DNA of 64,000 nucleotides, from IMG/VR virus record IMGVR_UViG_3300043786_000977, positions 99,907-163,906 of that record. One strand, written 5' to 3'. Shown in pieces: positions 1-9,783 of the stretch (positions within the stretch are counted from its first letter, which is position 1; each line of letters opens with the position of its first letter). Position numbers and translations under genes: made by a program. A model generated the notes under the pieces. The model did no database searches and was not told the DNA's origin. It saw nothing but the letters and a program-made list of their open reading frames with translations. Origin of the DNA: a virus.

Positions 1-1
1 C

Positions 2-193
2 AAACGGGCGCATCCCGGTATGGCCCTGGAACGCTGTAATTGGTACATCGGTGAGGAACGGCTGGCAACAGATATCCGGGACTCGATTGTAAGTGGGAGC
101 AATAAGCTCTACGGTATCCCGGTCGCATTTATGCCGGGCGCTGTCGGCGCGGCACTGCTTCCGCCAGATTATGCAGCGCAACGCAAGGTCTAA
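2..193 (+). CDS. 3' end of an upstream gene, partial at window edge, hypothetical protein
   Basis: Open frame from the window start to TAA at 191-193; its N-terminus lies outside the window. Confidence 0.35.
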   Translation, partial: KRAHPGMALERCNWYIGEERLATDIRDSIVSGSNKLYGIPVAFMPGAVGAALLPPDYAAQRKV

Positions 194-220
194 TACCAAC
201 AATCAACAGGAGAACACACA

Positions 221-331
221 ATGGCGAAGTGCACAAAGTGTGGCAAAGGTGGTCGTGGACGTCCCGCAAAGGACGGTCTCTGCAAGAAGTGCCGTAAGGC
301 TGCAGAGAAGGCCGCCGGCGCCATGAAGTAA
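221..331 (+). CDS. small zinc-ribbon protein (36 aa, CxxC...CxxC)
   Basis: ATG at 221 preceded by AGGAGAA. Translates MAKCTKCGKGG...CKKCRK, i.e. two CxxC pairs. Confidence 0.45.
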   Translation: MAKCTKCGKGGRGRPAKDGLCKKCRKAAEKAAGAMK

Positions 332-391
332 CGCGTCGAAGGGTACGGCTTGTGAGGCCGTACCCCTCACTTAACAAATACAAGATGTGAT

Positions 392-1135
392 ATGGCCCTA
401 CGAAAAACCACAGCAGAGTTTATTGCAGATGCTATTGCTAAACACGCAAAGAGGTATAACTACTCACGTGTAGTCTATGTGAACAACAGAACACCAGTCG
501 AGATATGCGACACAGTTTGCGGTACTTGGTTCTGGCAAACACCACAAAATCACTTAACAGGTTTGGGATGTCCACACTGCGCCCGTTATGAACGCAAGAC
601 AACAGCAGCGTTTATCACAGAGGCTATTGCTGTACATAGTGTTGAACCGGGACGTTATGTCTACTCACGGGTAGTTTATAAGCGGGCCAAGATACCAGTC
701 GAGATATTCGACACAGTTTGTGGTAATTGGTTCTGGCAAACACCACAAAATCACTTAAGTGGGCATGGATGTCCGCACTGCAGTCGTAGTGTTTCTATGG
801 CGGCTAAGATATGGTTAACCAGTATGGGATTACCTGATGATACGCGACACAGAGAAGTAACGGTTGCGGGTCGTTACAAGGTAGATGGTTACGATCCTGA
901 ACATAAGATCGTATATGAGTTTTTAGGGGCTCTGTGGCATGGGCATCCGTCGGTTCCCCACAGACATCCAAATAAACGCACGCATGCTGAAAATTGGTCG
1001 GCGACTGAACAACGTCTATTGGCTATTCGTGATGCGTTACCCGACTGGGAAATACGTTACGTCTGGGGCTTCGGTGCGGTGCGTAAAGGTGCCGTCAGCC
1101 CTATACACGTTTTTGACGGTAAACTGAAAGCATAA
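392..1135 (+). CDS. putative endonuclease with two tandem zinc-ribbon modules
   Basis: 247 aa ORF. An internal ~48 aa repeat YSRVVY..PVEI.DTVCG.WFWQTPQNHL.G.GCPHC occurs twice. The C-terminal region resembles Vsr/DUF559-like nucleases. Function is inferred only. Confidence 0.55.
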   Translation: MALRKTTAEFIADAIAKHAKRYNYSRVVYVNNRTPVEICDTVCGTWFWQTPQNHLTGLGCPHCARYERKTTAAFITEAIAVHSVEPGRYVYSRVVYKRAKIPVEIFDTVCGNWFWQTPQNHLSGHGCPHCSRSVSMAAKIWLTSMGLPDDTRHREVTVAGRYKVDGYDPEHKIVYEFLGALWHGHPSVPHRHPNKRTHAENWSATEQRLLAIRDALPDWEIRYVWGFGAVRKGAVSPIHVFDGKLKA

Positions 1136-1145
1136 GGAACAAAAC

Positions 1146-2270
1146 ATGAACAAGACATTTCCAACACTCTACAAACTCACAGGCACAGGCGAGGTCCAGG
1201 AATGGACGATCATCGTTGAAGGCAACAAGATCTTCACCCGGTTCGGCCGGCACGGTGGCAAGATCCAGGAGTCCGCTCCTGACGTGATTACTGAAGGTAA
1301 GAACACAGGCAAGAAGCACGCCCGTGACCCCGAGATGCAGGCTGCGTCCGAGGCACAGTCCAAATGGGAGAAGAATCTCAAGAAGGGGTACGTTGACTCA
1401 ATCGAAGCTGCCAAGGCAGGTGCCGTCAGTGACCTGGTAGAAGGTGGCGTATGGCCCATGCTGGCGAAGGTTTACAGTAAGGCGGGTAGCAAAATAAAGT
1501 GGCCCGCGGCGTGTCAACCGAAACTAGATGGCCATCGCTGTATCGCAATCGTGGACGCAAAGGGTAAGTGTACCTTGTGGTCACGTACGCGTAAACCGAT
1601 AAACAGCCTACCGCACATCGTACGTGCAATCGAAGCGACCGGCGTACGTAACGTCACGTTGGACGGTGAGGCCTATAATGCCGATTACCACGATCGGTTT
1701 CAAGAGTTGTCGCACTTCATCCGGCAGTCTGAGCCTATTGAAGGTTGTGAGGCGGTGAAGTATCACATTTATGACACAGCAGCATCCGAAAACTTCGCGT
1801 TCAGGACGGCCTGGTTGGCCCAGTGGTTACCAAAAGATACGGACGTACTGGTGCGCGTGGAGACTATACTCGTAGCGAACGAGGATGAACTCATGGCCGC
1901 GTTCGCACATTATCGCTCCCAAAAGTACGAAGGGTGCATGGTACGTAATCTCGGCGGTTTGTACGAGGGGCATCCTACGCACAGGAGCAACGACCTTCAA
2001 AAAGTCAAAGCGTTTCAAGATGACGATTGGCCGATTGTCGGTGTTGTAGCGGGGCGCGGCAAACTAGCCGACTGCGGTATATTCGTATGCGAGACGAAGA
2101 GTGGTAAACGTTTTGAGGCAAAGATGATCGGAGAACTCACTGAACTCAAGCAGTATCTGAAGCACCCGGAGCAGTTTATTGGGAAACTGCTGACGGTGCA
2201 GTATCAGGGATTGACCGACGACGGGTTGCCCCGGTTCCCTGTTGCGTTACGTATTCGCGAAGATCTATAG
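1146..2270 (+). CDS. ATP-dependent DNA ligase
   Basis: 374 aa. Motif I KLDG (PKLDGHRCIAI), motif EGCMVRN and a C-terminal OB-like region. RBS AAGGAA upstream. Confidence 0.9.
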   Translation: MNKTFPTLYKLTGTGEVQEWTIIVEGNKIFTRFGRHGGKIQESAPDVITEGKNTGKKHARDPEMQAASEAQSKWEKNLKKGYVDSIEAAKAGAVSDLVEGGVWPMLAKVYSKAGSKIKWPAACQPKLDGHRCIAIVDAKGKCTLWSRTRKPINSLPHIVRAIEATGVRNVTLDGEAYNADYHDRFQELSHFIRQSEPIEGCEAVKYHIYDTAASENFAFRTAWLAQWLPKDTDVLVRVETILVANEDELMAAFAHYRSQKYEGCMVRNLGGLYEGHPTHRSNDLQKVKAFQDDDWPIVGVVAGRGKLADCGIFVCETKSGKRFEAKMIGELTELKQYLKHPEQFIGKLLTVQYQGLTDDGLPRFPVALRIREDL

Positions 2271-2793
2271 TACCACGGGTACGCAGGTATGCGGCCGCCT
2301 TTTCGAGTAGCTCCGGACTATCTTGTAAGTGACCCATACCTGTGTTACACGTACCGCAGAGTAGTCCTCGTATTTTTCCTGTTTTATGGTCGTGATCTAC
2401 AGCAAGAGGACGTTTACGTGGTTTTCGTCCACATATAAGACACCGATTATGTTGTAAGGCACATAAAACAGCGTAACCGCCTTCGGGTAGGCTGAAAAAA
2501 CGTTCTGTACGTAACTGTAGTACACGTTGCTTATTTTGCTGATACCACAGCCGCGCCTGCTCTCTGTGTCTATCCTTATTAGCTTCAGCCCACTTTCGTT
2601 TATACGCTTTGATGCGTTCAGCGTGTTTCAGGTACGTGCGTTGCGCGTGTGTCTTTGTTAGTTCTGGGTGCGCTTTACGCCATTCTTGTTGATACGTCCG
2701 CATCCCATCGGGGTCAGCGGCGCGTCTACGGCGCATGTAGTCACGACGTTCAATACGTTTAGACTCAGCTGTTTGCCTGGTATGTGTTTTCAT
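2176..2793 (-). CDS. recombination endonuclease VII (Endo VII / HNH-like junction resolvase)
   Basis: Contains CLICGRKPRKRPLAVDHDHKTGKIRGLLCGTCNTGMGHL, the Endonuclease_7 signature. It is the only convincing minus-strand gene and its 3' end overlaps the ligase 3' end convergently. Confidence 0.8.
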   Translation of the reverse strand: MKTHTRQTAESKRIERRDYMRRRRAADPDGMRTYQQEWRKAHPELTKTHAQRTYLKHAERIKAYKRKWAEANKDRHREQARLWYQQNKQRVLQLRTERFFSLPEGGYAVLCALQHNRCLICGRKPRKRPLAVDHDHKTGKIRGLLCGTCNTGMGHLQDSPELLEKAAAYLRTRGTIDLREYVTQQGTGATRRRSIPDTAPSAVSQ

Positions 2794-2857
2794 ATCATCA
2801 ACTATAGTAGCTTTGATGATATGAAGTCAATACGAAAATCACGTAAGGAGGTATCTA

Positions 2858-3017
2858 ATGCCGCAAAGAAAGAAGATTGTGTTACCGCCCACTGACATGA
2901 CGCATGTCACGTGCGGGAAGTCTATTGGACAGTGCCCTGCCTGTAACCTGATGCTTATGCGTCAGGACGCAGGTAAGGTGTGTCCGCGTTGCGAACAAAA
3001 ACTGACGAAAGGAGCAT
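2858..3017 (+). CDS. small zinc-ribbon protein (53 aa)
   Basis: Strong RBS AAGGAGGT then ATG at 2858. Contains CGKSIGQCPACN...CPRCEQ. Not in the ORF track because it is under 60 aa. Confidence 0.4.
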
Positions 3018-3020
3018 GAT

Positions 3021-3614
3021 ATGGGACAGTATTTCATACCAGTCAATCTGGACAAGAAAGAATATATCGACCCGCATACATTGGGTACGGGGTTGAAGTT
3101 GTGGGAACAACTGGCTAATTGGCCGGGTACCGGTGCAGCGTTAGTCGTGTTGTGCGCCGCAGAACGCGGAGCGCGTGGCGGCGGTGACTTTGACATGGAA
3201 GATAACTGGCACGGACCTGAACGTCAGTTTCCCCGTGACAATATGCAACCGGGCCCGATGCCCGAAACATATCAGACAATCGCGCAACGTACTATCGGAC
3301 GATGGGCGGGTGACCGCATTGCCATCGTAGGCGACTACGCAGTGGATAGCGATCTGGCTGCAGAACACAAAGCTGCCAGTATCTACAATCGCTGCATGTC
3401 TGACGAAGAGGCTGTTTCGGCTTTGGAGAAGCTGACAACGAAGGTGGCAGGTGTTACCACCAAGGAAGAAGCAGAAGAAATCCAAGCCGAAGTGCGCGAT
3501 ATTATCACCAATCGCTTCCGTGATATAACCGCGGATGTGTGTGCTGTAATCGGTCACGAGATGCGTGGCGAGTTCACTGGTGGCAGTTGGCGTCAGTTCA
3601 AACAGAAAACGTAA
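3021..3614 (+). CDS. hypothetical protein
   Basis: 197 aa ORF, tightly packed in the + strand array. Confidence 0.55.
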   Translation: MGQYFIPVNLDKKEYIDPHTLGTGLKLWEQLANWPGTGAALVVLCAAERGARGGGDFDMEDNWHGPERQFPRDNMQPGPMPETYQTIAQRTIGRWAGDRIAIVGDYAVDSDLAAEHKAASIYNRCMSDEEAVSALEKLTTKVAGVTTKEEAEEIQAEVRDIITNRFRDITADVCAVIGHEMRGEFTGGSWRQFKQKT

Positions 3615-3617
3615 CAA

Positions 3618-4076
3618 ATGCAACGACAATCATGGGATGAGTATTTCATGATGCTGGCAACCGACGTAGCGACACGGTCGAAAGATCCGTCCACGCACGT
3701 CGGCGCCATTATCGTAGGTCCGGATAACGAGATCCGGGCTACCGGGTACAACGGTTTCCCACGCGGGATTCAGGATAGCGATGCGCGATTAGTGGATCGC
3801 CAGAGTCGGCTTGACTTCACTGTACACGCCGAACCGAACGCCATATTCAATGCTGTACGCATAGGCACATCCACCCGTGGGTGTACCCTGTATGTTGCGG
3901 GATTACCCCCGTGTCACGAGTGTGCTAAGGCAATGATACAGGCTGGTATCATCCGCGTAGTATACAAGAGTGACGACGTACCAGAACGATGGGCTAGTTC
4001 CGTCGCACTGGGTGCGTTACTTCTAACTGAAGCGGGAGTGCGGAGGAGTAAACTAGTATGCCAGCCATCACAGTAA
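3618..4076 (+). CDS. dCMP (deoxycytidylate) deaminase
   Basis: HAEPNAI (HxE) and PCHECAKAMIQAGI (PCxxC) zinc-binding motifs of the CMP/dCMP deaminase family. Confidence 0.85.
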   Translation: MQRQSWDEYFMMLATDVATRSKDPSTHVGAIIVGPDNEIRATGYNGFPRGIQDSDARLVDRQSRLDFTVHAEPNAIFNAVRIGTSTRGCTLYVAGLPPCHECAKAMIQAGIIRVVYKSDDVPERWASSVALGALLLTEAGVRRSKLVCQPSQ

Positions 4077-4405
4077 ATTGGACATGGGAAGAAGCCTTCG
4101 ATAAGTTTGGTTTCGGTGACGGCGACGGTCTTAATATGACCGATGACGTCGCCTCAGCTATCGCGGGTAGGTTTCCTAATTTAGACGTGACAACGGAAAC
4201 CTGGGGTATCCATAATTACATCATCTTCGCAATCACGGAAAAAAGGAACAAGAAGAGTGTCTACAAACCTTGTCCTGATGAGGGTGCTGAATGGAGTATC
4301 GGTTACGATGAGCCCCGTAAATATCTACCCGACAATATCGTGAGGTTCCTGGACAGAACGTTCCCGGATAAACCTGCGAAGAAAGCGAGGAAGAAACATG
4401 CCTAA
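4058..4405 (+). CDS. hypothetical protein
   Basis: 115 aa ORF. Confidence 0.5.
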   Translation: MPAITVNWTWEEAFDKFGFGDGDGLNMTDDVASAIAGRFPNLDVTTETWGIHNYIIFAITEKRNKKSVYKPCPDEGAEWSIGYDEPRKYLPDNIVRFLDRTFPDKPAKKARKKHA

Positions 4406-4850
4406 CTGGTGTTCGAACAGAGTGGCTGTGGACGGTGATCCTATTCTTATTCGTAGGTTTAAGAAGGCTGTTGCCGGCACCCGTAATGACGAGAACAAGC
4501 AGTTCAGTTTCAACCACATCACTCCGATACCACGTGAGTACAGAACAATGACCTGCCCGGTATCGGACAAGGATAAGAAGAAGTCTGCTGCGCTTGCGCA
4601 AAAGTACGGCTCCCCTGACTGGTACGACTGGTGTATAAAGAACTGGGGTACCAAGTGGGATCTACCCGTTGACGAGGACGTACTGGAAGACGAGGAACAC
4701 GAGAAGACGTTTGGTCGTCTGTGTTATTGTTTTGACACGGCCTGGGGACCGCCCTCACAAATCTGTACCAAGCTGCGCGAAATGTTCCCGGATCTGACCA
4801 TCAGTTGGTTCTACGACGAACCGGGTATGGCTGTAGCGGGATACCTATAA
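4398..4850 (+). CDS. hypothetical protein
   Basis: 150 aa ORF. Confidence 0.5.
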   Translation: MPNWCSNRVAVDGDPILIRRFKKAVAGTRNDENKQFSFNHITPIPREYRTMTCPVSDKDKKKSAALAQKYGSPDWYDWCIKNWGTKWDLPVDEDVLEDEEHEKTFGRLCYCFDTAWGPPSQICTKLREMFPDLTISWFYDEPGMAVAGYL

Positions 4851-4924
4851 GATTGCGTGCTACCTGGTCTACAAGGGCCAGGTAGTCACACAACAACATA
4901 AATACAACAGTGTAAAGGAAAACC

Positions 4925-5323
4925 ATGCTAACAAAACAAGAACTCGAAATAGGCTTGAACCAGTTCACAGGTACCACGGCTTATCACAGGATCAGTCCGC
5001 TCTTTCAGAATATCGTAATGACAGACGGGGTGAACTGGCTCTGCAAAGAGGCACGTTGTTATTGGCTGGCGGAAGCCATAGCTTCCCACCAACCCACGGC
5101 AATGAAACATCGGGCACTTAAACAGGCACAGTTCTGGGATCTGTCCCGGGTACCCAGTGGTGCTTCCGCAATGACCCTGACATGTGGTTCCGGCAGTAAG
5201 CGAGCCAAACCCGTGATTACTCAAGAGATTAAGTATACAGATTTCCCGTTGGATACCATTCGCCTGTACTGTATGCCTAACAGCGACGGGCCACAAGTGA
5301 TCCTATTACCATCGGAGTACTGA
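4925..5323 (+). CDS. hypothetical protein
   Basis: 132 aa ORF. Confidence 0.5.
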   Translation: MLTKQELEIGLNQFTGTTAYHRISPLFQNIVMTDGVNWLCKEARCYWLAEAIASHQPTAMKHRALKQAQFWDLSRVPSGASAMTLTCGSGSKRAKPVITQEIKYTDFPLDTIRLYCMPNSDGPQVILLPSEY

Positions 5324-5324
5324 T

Positions 5325-5888
5325 ATGCACAATTTACATCTATGCGTGGTGCGTGCAGCGAGTGCCACGGAAGCAGAAAACGAAGTCGAAAGTTACATCG
5401 CCGGTTGGGGTGACGAGAATAACTGGCGCACGATCTGTGGCTCGGTATCAGCGAAAGACGAAGTCCATATTACCGGTGATGGTCGGTACCCTCCGGATGC
5501 TGATATGACTATCACCAAAATCAACAAAATGTTCGCAGGCTGGGTAGAACATCCGGAGATCGGGATCATGGGTATCGATTTGGGACCCGCGATCAAGGAA
5601 GCCCTGCAAGCGGTTGTAGACGGCCACGTGTTCGAACAGAAAGAAGCGTTCAAACTCTATACCCTGGAACGGTACATCCATGACTTGTACGAACGTGCAG
5701 GCAATGGCCTTAACGCACCCGGTACTATTCCCAACGTCTTTGAGCACGAGTACCATAACGGGGACTTCGACGAGTGCGGTGTCACGCACTGCGGCGATAT
5801 CAGCGATTCAGAACTTAAAGACAGTGAACCACCAGAACTTAAAGACAGGGGCGACCTGTATGTCGTCTTTGTGGATATGCACTCATGA
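5325..5888 (+). CDS. hypothetical protein
   Basis: 187 aa ORF. Contains a short direct DNA repeat ccagaacttaaagaca x2 near the 3' end. Confidence 0.5.
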   Translation: MHNLHLCVVRAASATEAENEVESYIAGWGDENNWRTICGSVSAKDEVHITGDGRYPPDADMTITKINKMFAGWVEHPEIGIMGIDLGPAIKEALQAVVDGHVFEQKEAFKLYTLERYIHDLYERAGNGLNAPGTIPNVFEHEYHNGDFDECGVTHCGDISDSELKDSEPPELKDRGDLYVVFVDMHS

Positions 5889-6283
5889 GTGATACATTAC
5901 ACGACACGGTGCATCTCTTTGATGTGGTTGAGGGCGATGGCCCTCTAATGGAACTTGATGTCACTGTCACCAGCGAGTTCGGAGAAGGTATTGAACTCAA
6001 ACCCCAAGGTTACGGTGACTACTGCTCTGTCATCGGCAACGGCTGTCCGGTGCTGTTAGAAGTGTGCCAAGGACGGCTACGGTTAGTGGTATGGGCTGAC
6101 ATTAATCAGGAAGAACCCACGCATTACATCGACCTAGAGGGCGCACGTGAGGATAAACGGTTACCGGAGTGTGTCTGTAGTATCTGTCACATGGCGTGCA
6201 ATCCTGTGAAAGCACATCTGCATCAGGGTGAATACATCGGCGATGAGTGTTGCTGGGACGATCGGCTGAAAGCAAGTGAGTAG
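5885..6283 (+). CDS. hypothetical Cys-rich protein
   Basis: 132 aa ORF with several Cys pairs. Confidence 0.5.
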   Translation: MSDTLHDTVHLFDVVEGDGPLMELDVTVTSEFGEGIELKPQGYGDYCSVIGNGCPVLLEVCQGRLRLVVWADINQEEPTHYIDLEGAREDKRLPECVCSICHMACNPVKAHLHQGEYIGDECCWDDRLKASE

Positions 6284-6292
6284 GAGGTATCT

Positions 6293-6586
6293 ATGGGTTG
6301 GGGATTGACGATCAATAACGTTTACCTCAGTCGTGTGACAACAAAGGAATTACCTGAACTTGTCGACGAGTGTAAACGGATGGCACTGGACGCACGCAAA
6401 CGGTTACTAACGTTGGCTGCATCCACACCACATACCGTGGACGACGGTGATGGTAACAAGATCGAGTGGCATGAATATGTTATCGGTGAAACCGATCGTA
6501 TCCTGGACCAGCTCGAAGAGGACATAATCAAAGGATACCTGGCTAAATTAGCACAGGACAATCCTGAAAACGTGACGGGGGATTAA
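6293..6586 (+). CDS. hypothetical protein
   Basis: 97 aa ORF with RBS GGAGG upstream. Confidence 0.5.
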   Translation: MGWGLTINNVYLSRVTTKELPELVDECKRMALDARKRLLTLAASTPHTVDDGDGNKIEWHEYVIGETDRILDQLEEDIIKGYLAKLAQDNPENVTGD

Positions 6587-6587
6587 C

Positions 6588-7037
6588 ATGGGCGCTGATA
6601 TGATTGGGTACCTGGCAAAAGGACCCTATAAGATAACGAAGGCACAGAAAAAGGCCGCAGCCCGCGCATTACTAAGTCTGGCACGGACCTGGTTACTGGA
6701 TAACAAGTATGAGTGTCATAACTGCGGTGCTGTCGAGGACGATGTTAAAGGAGCCCTGACAGACCACAGTGATTGTCAGAATTGCGGTCTGCATTATCCC
6801 GTATACCTACAGGCTATCACGTGTCTGACTCATGCGGAAAAGAAGGTGGACGAGTGGTGTGATAATTGGCCACCGACTTGGCGTGACTGCGCACGGCGTA
6901 CTGATCCGGACGATAAGAAACAGGTTCTGGTGTTTGCAGGTGATATGTCATGGGGCGATTCACCTGACGGTGGCGGTTACAAATACCTCGATGAGTTCTT
7001 GAATAGCGGTATCATTGATAAGTTAGGCATACGATGA
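6588..7037 (+). CDS. hypothetical zinc-binding protein
   Basis: 149 aa. Contains CHNCG...CQNCG Cys motifs. Confidence 0.5.
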   Translation: MGADMIGYLAKGPYKITKAQKKAAARALLSLARTWLLDNKYECHNCGAVEDDVKGALTDHSDCQNCGLHYPVYLQAITCLTHAEKKVDEWCDNWPPTWRDCARRTDPDDKKQVLVFAGDMSWGDSPDGGGYKYLDEFLNSGIIDKLGIR

Positions 7038-7237
7038 AACGACTCAAAAGTGTCGAGACCGAGCAGTATGCGCTTGAAGTTGTTGAATGCGATTGCGGTT
7101 TTCATCTCGGTGTGGATGCCTCATATCTTGACCAGGTAGGTGATGTTGTCATAGCCTGCCCGAGTTGTAGCGCACAAATTGACACAACAAAAGTATTCAC
7201 GGAAGACTTTCCGGGTGCCACAAGAAAGGCAACATGA
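7034..7237 (+). CDS. hypothetical small zinc-ribbon protein
   Basis: 67 aa. Contains CDCG...CPSC. Confidence 0.45.
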   Translation: MKRLKSVETEQYALEVVECDCGFHLGVDASYLDQVGDVVIACPSCSAQIDTTKVFTEDFPGATRKAT

Positions 7238-7716
7238 AGATATATCTTGCACGACCGATAAGTGGATGTACGGCTGACGAGGTGTTCACGTACTATGATA
7301 ACCTGTCTAAGCAGTTACGCACGGCCGGATTCACTGTATTCCATCCAATGTACGGTAAGGATCAACTGCGTACCGACGTCAGGTTCAAGGCTGCTGACTA
7401 TCGGCATCCGGCGTCCACCAACCATGCGATCATCGAACGCGACCGTTGGATGGTGACGCAGGCTGATGTAGTCTATGCCAATTTGATGCATGCAACCTGT
7501 GTGTCCATCGGTACAGTGATGGAACTGGCCTGGGCACATCAGTTGGGTAGACATACTGTGTTGGCTATGAATACAAGTAATATACACGCCCATGCCTTCG
7601 TTAACGAGGCCGCGGATGTGATATGGCCGACCCACGAAGAAGCAGTCGATTACCTATATACGTTAGTACCGCCTGCAATATCTACAGGATGCTGTGGTCA
7701 TGGCAACGATCACTGA
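7234..7716 (+). CDS. nucleoside 2-deoxyribosyltransferase / dNMP N-hydrolase (Rcl)-like protein
   Basis: N-terminus MKIYLARPIS plus SIGTVMELAWA, which resembles the catalytic-Glu signature DSGTAFELG of the NDT family. Confidence 0.55.
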   Translation: MKIYLARPISGCTADEVFTYYDNLSKQLRTAGFTVFHPMYGKDQLRTDVRFKAADYRHPASTNHAIIERDRWMVTQADVVYANLMHATCVSIGTVMELAWAHQLGRHTVLAMNTSNIHAHAFVNEAADVIWPTHEEAVDYLYTLVPPAISTGCCGHGNDH

Positions 7717-9280
7717 TATCCTGAGTGACTGGCCCGAAGCCCGGGCACAGGAAGTAATGGAGAAGCGCCGGCTGGCAGCAACCACCGGCGCAGGCTCCAT
7801 CTGTATTCCACAAAATAAACCGTATCCGTCGTACTACCCCTACCAACACGCTGATTATCCGCACAGGAAACAGATCGGTAATTTGGCGCTAGATCCGTGG
7901 CCGCGCATACTGGCACAGAAGCCAGAGGATTTGATCCCCGTGGATCCGTTCACGCCCAGTCAGTATCGTGAGAACGGTTTGCAGATATGGGACGCCGCCG
8001 TCGGTATTCCTACGTCGATTATCCGTCCAAGTAAAGTCATAAAGACAAGGATGGTAGCGGCGCAGCGCAATACCAATACGGCATGGAAGGAACAGATCAT
8101 ACCCGCGTTGAGCCGTGTCGGCCCGTTGGGTCCAGACAGAGAATTCCTTCGTCCATCTGGACCGTTTATCATCGATCTGATGTACCACCCGATGGGTTGG
8201 CGTATACTGGTAGGCGCACACGCTCTGGCTCACCGTGTTGCTGAAATGAAGAAACAACAGTGGAAGGTAAACCAGCAGCACATAGGACCCACGAACTACC
8301 ACTTCCGGCGTTTCGTCACACACCTTACTGTGTGTTGGTTCTATGGCTTGCCTATGGATGTGTGGTGTCTAGACGAGGGACTGAAAGGTACCTCAGATAT
8401 TCGGCAGTACGGAATAGAGATAAAGTCCTCCAGTTATTTCCGGACACCTATCTTACGCGTACCGCCGTTGAGCGGCGAATCGCCGCGGCCGGATGATGTC
8501 ATTGCCTTCTTGAACACGAGCGTGTTTCTGGAACCCCATCCCCACGGATTCACAACTGGATCCAATAAATGGTTCGAGGTGAATAGGTGGTCCTGCAGTC
8601 CTACGATGATAGTTATATCAGGGTGGGAATTGATTGACGTCGTGGCCCATCAAGTGTTATGCTCGTCTGATCCGGATAATCCCAGCGAAACACCTTGTTA
8701 CGGTATGAACCCGCTGGATCTGCAGTCACCCGATACGTTCGGCGCATACCTAGCTTATGCCGTTAAGCATCGTGGTATGCCTATGGTTGACAATAAGCGG
8801 TATTGGTTGGTTGAAGACTGGTTGACGAGTGCCGACTTTAATAATGCTGTTAACGAGGCACCACCGCTTCCGTGCAAGGCCTGCTTGCAGATGAACATGC
8901 GCGCCGATGGTGCGCCTCATCGACCACAGAGCCGTTATCCTGATGACTGGGATAAGAAGAAGGCACAACATGCGCTAAAGAAATACCGCTACAACGCTGA
9001 TGAGCTGGAATGGGTGGAATGGGAGACCCAGTTGGATACGGTGGGTTCAATCATTGAACGGGCCACGATTGCATATGAAACCCGTATCTATGGACACACT
9101 GATGCAATCCGGCGCCGGAGACTACAACAGGTCAATTACCGCAAACGCGTGATACGATTGAAGCAGATACAAACCATAGCCAAGAAGATAAATAAAGCAC
9201 GCCGCAATTCACAGCCCGACACTGCCAGGAAACTGGAAGCTGAACAGACTGCATTACTGCGTGCATTTAGCGGAGGCTGA
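7694..9280 (+). CDS. hypothetical protein (528 aa)
   Basis: Long ORF with no recognisable motif. Confidence 0.55.
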   Translation: MVMATITDILSDWPEARAQEVMEKRRLAATTGAGSICIPQNKPYPSYYPYQHADYPHRKQIGNLALDPWPRILAQKPEDLIPVDPFTPSQYRENGLQIWDAAVGIPTSIIRPSKVIKTRMVAAQRNTNTAWKEQIIPALSRVGPLGPDREFLRPSGPFIIDLMYHPMGWRILVGAHALAHRVAEMKKQQWKVNQQHIGPTNYHFRRFVTHLTVCWFYGLPMDVWCLDEGLKGTSDIRQYGIEIKSSSYFRTPILRVPPLSGESPRPDDVIAFLNTSVFLEPHPHGFTTGSNKWFEVNRWSCSPTMIVISGWELIDVVAHQVLCSSDPDNPSETPCYGMNPLDLQSPDTFGAYLAYAVKHRGMPMVDNKRYWLVEDWLTSADFNNAVNEAPPLPCKACLQMNMRADGAPHRPQSRYPDDWDKKKAQHALKKYRYNADELEWVEWETQLDTVGSIIERATIAYETRIYGHTDAIRRRRLQQVNYRKRVIRLKQIQTIAKKINKARRNSQPDTARKLEAEQTALLRAFSGG

Positions 9281-9782
9281 AGTGCCGAAATATATCATTG
9301 CTATCGATCCTGGAAACATGAACACTGCGTTAGTTGTATACGACTGCGTGACAAAACGTCCGATATTTGCGCAAAAAGCATCCAATGCGGACATACTGAA
9401 CATACTGCACAGCAAGGTAACACGCTACGACGATAGTCAAGTATGTATCGAAATGGTCGCATCCTACGGCATGCCAGTGGGACGCACAGTCTTCGATACA
9501 TGTGTCTGGATCGGTCGATACCTTCAACATATGGTGCCACAGCGTATAGCACGGCTTATCGTCCGTAAGGATGTCAAGATGCATATATGCGGCTCCACAC
9601 GCGCCACTGATGCAAACATCCGGCAGGCGTTGATTGACCGTTATGGTAATACGGCGGCTGTGGCCGTGGGTACCAAGAAAGATCCAGGCCCCTTGTACAA
9701 ATTGGGTAATGATGAACGGGCTGCTTTGGCACTCGCTATCACTGCAGCCGAGACAACAAGCGAATACAAAACGGGAGAATGA
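9261..9782 (+). CDS. RuvC-family Holliday junction resolvase-like protein
   Basis: IIAIDPGNMNTALVVYD (catalytic Asp in DPG), ICIEMVASYG (Glu), and a C-terminal DERAALALAITAAE resembling the RuvC DxxDAxAiA motif. Confidence 0.55.
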   Translation: MHLAEAEVPKYIIAIDPGNMNTALVVYDCVTKRPIFAQKASNADILNILHSKVTRYDDSQVCIEMVASYGMPVGRTVFDTCVWIGRYLQHMVPQRIARLIVRKDVKMHICGSTRATDANIRQALIDRYGNTAAVAVGTKKDPGPLYKLGNDERAALALAITAAETTSEYKTGE

Positions 9783-9783
9783 G

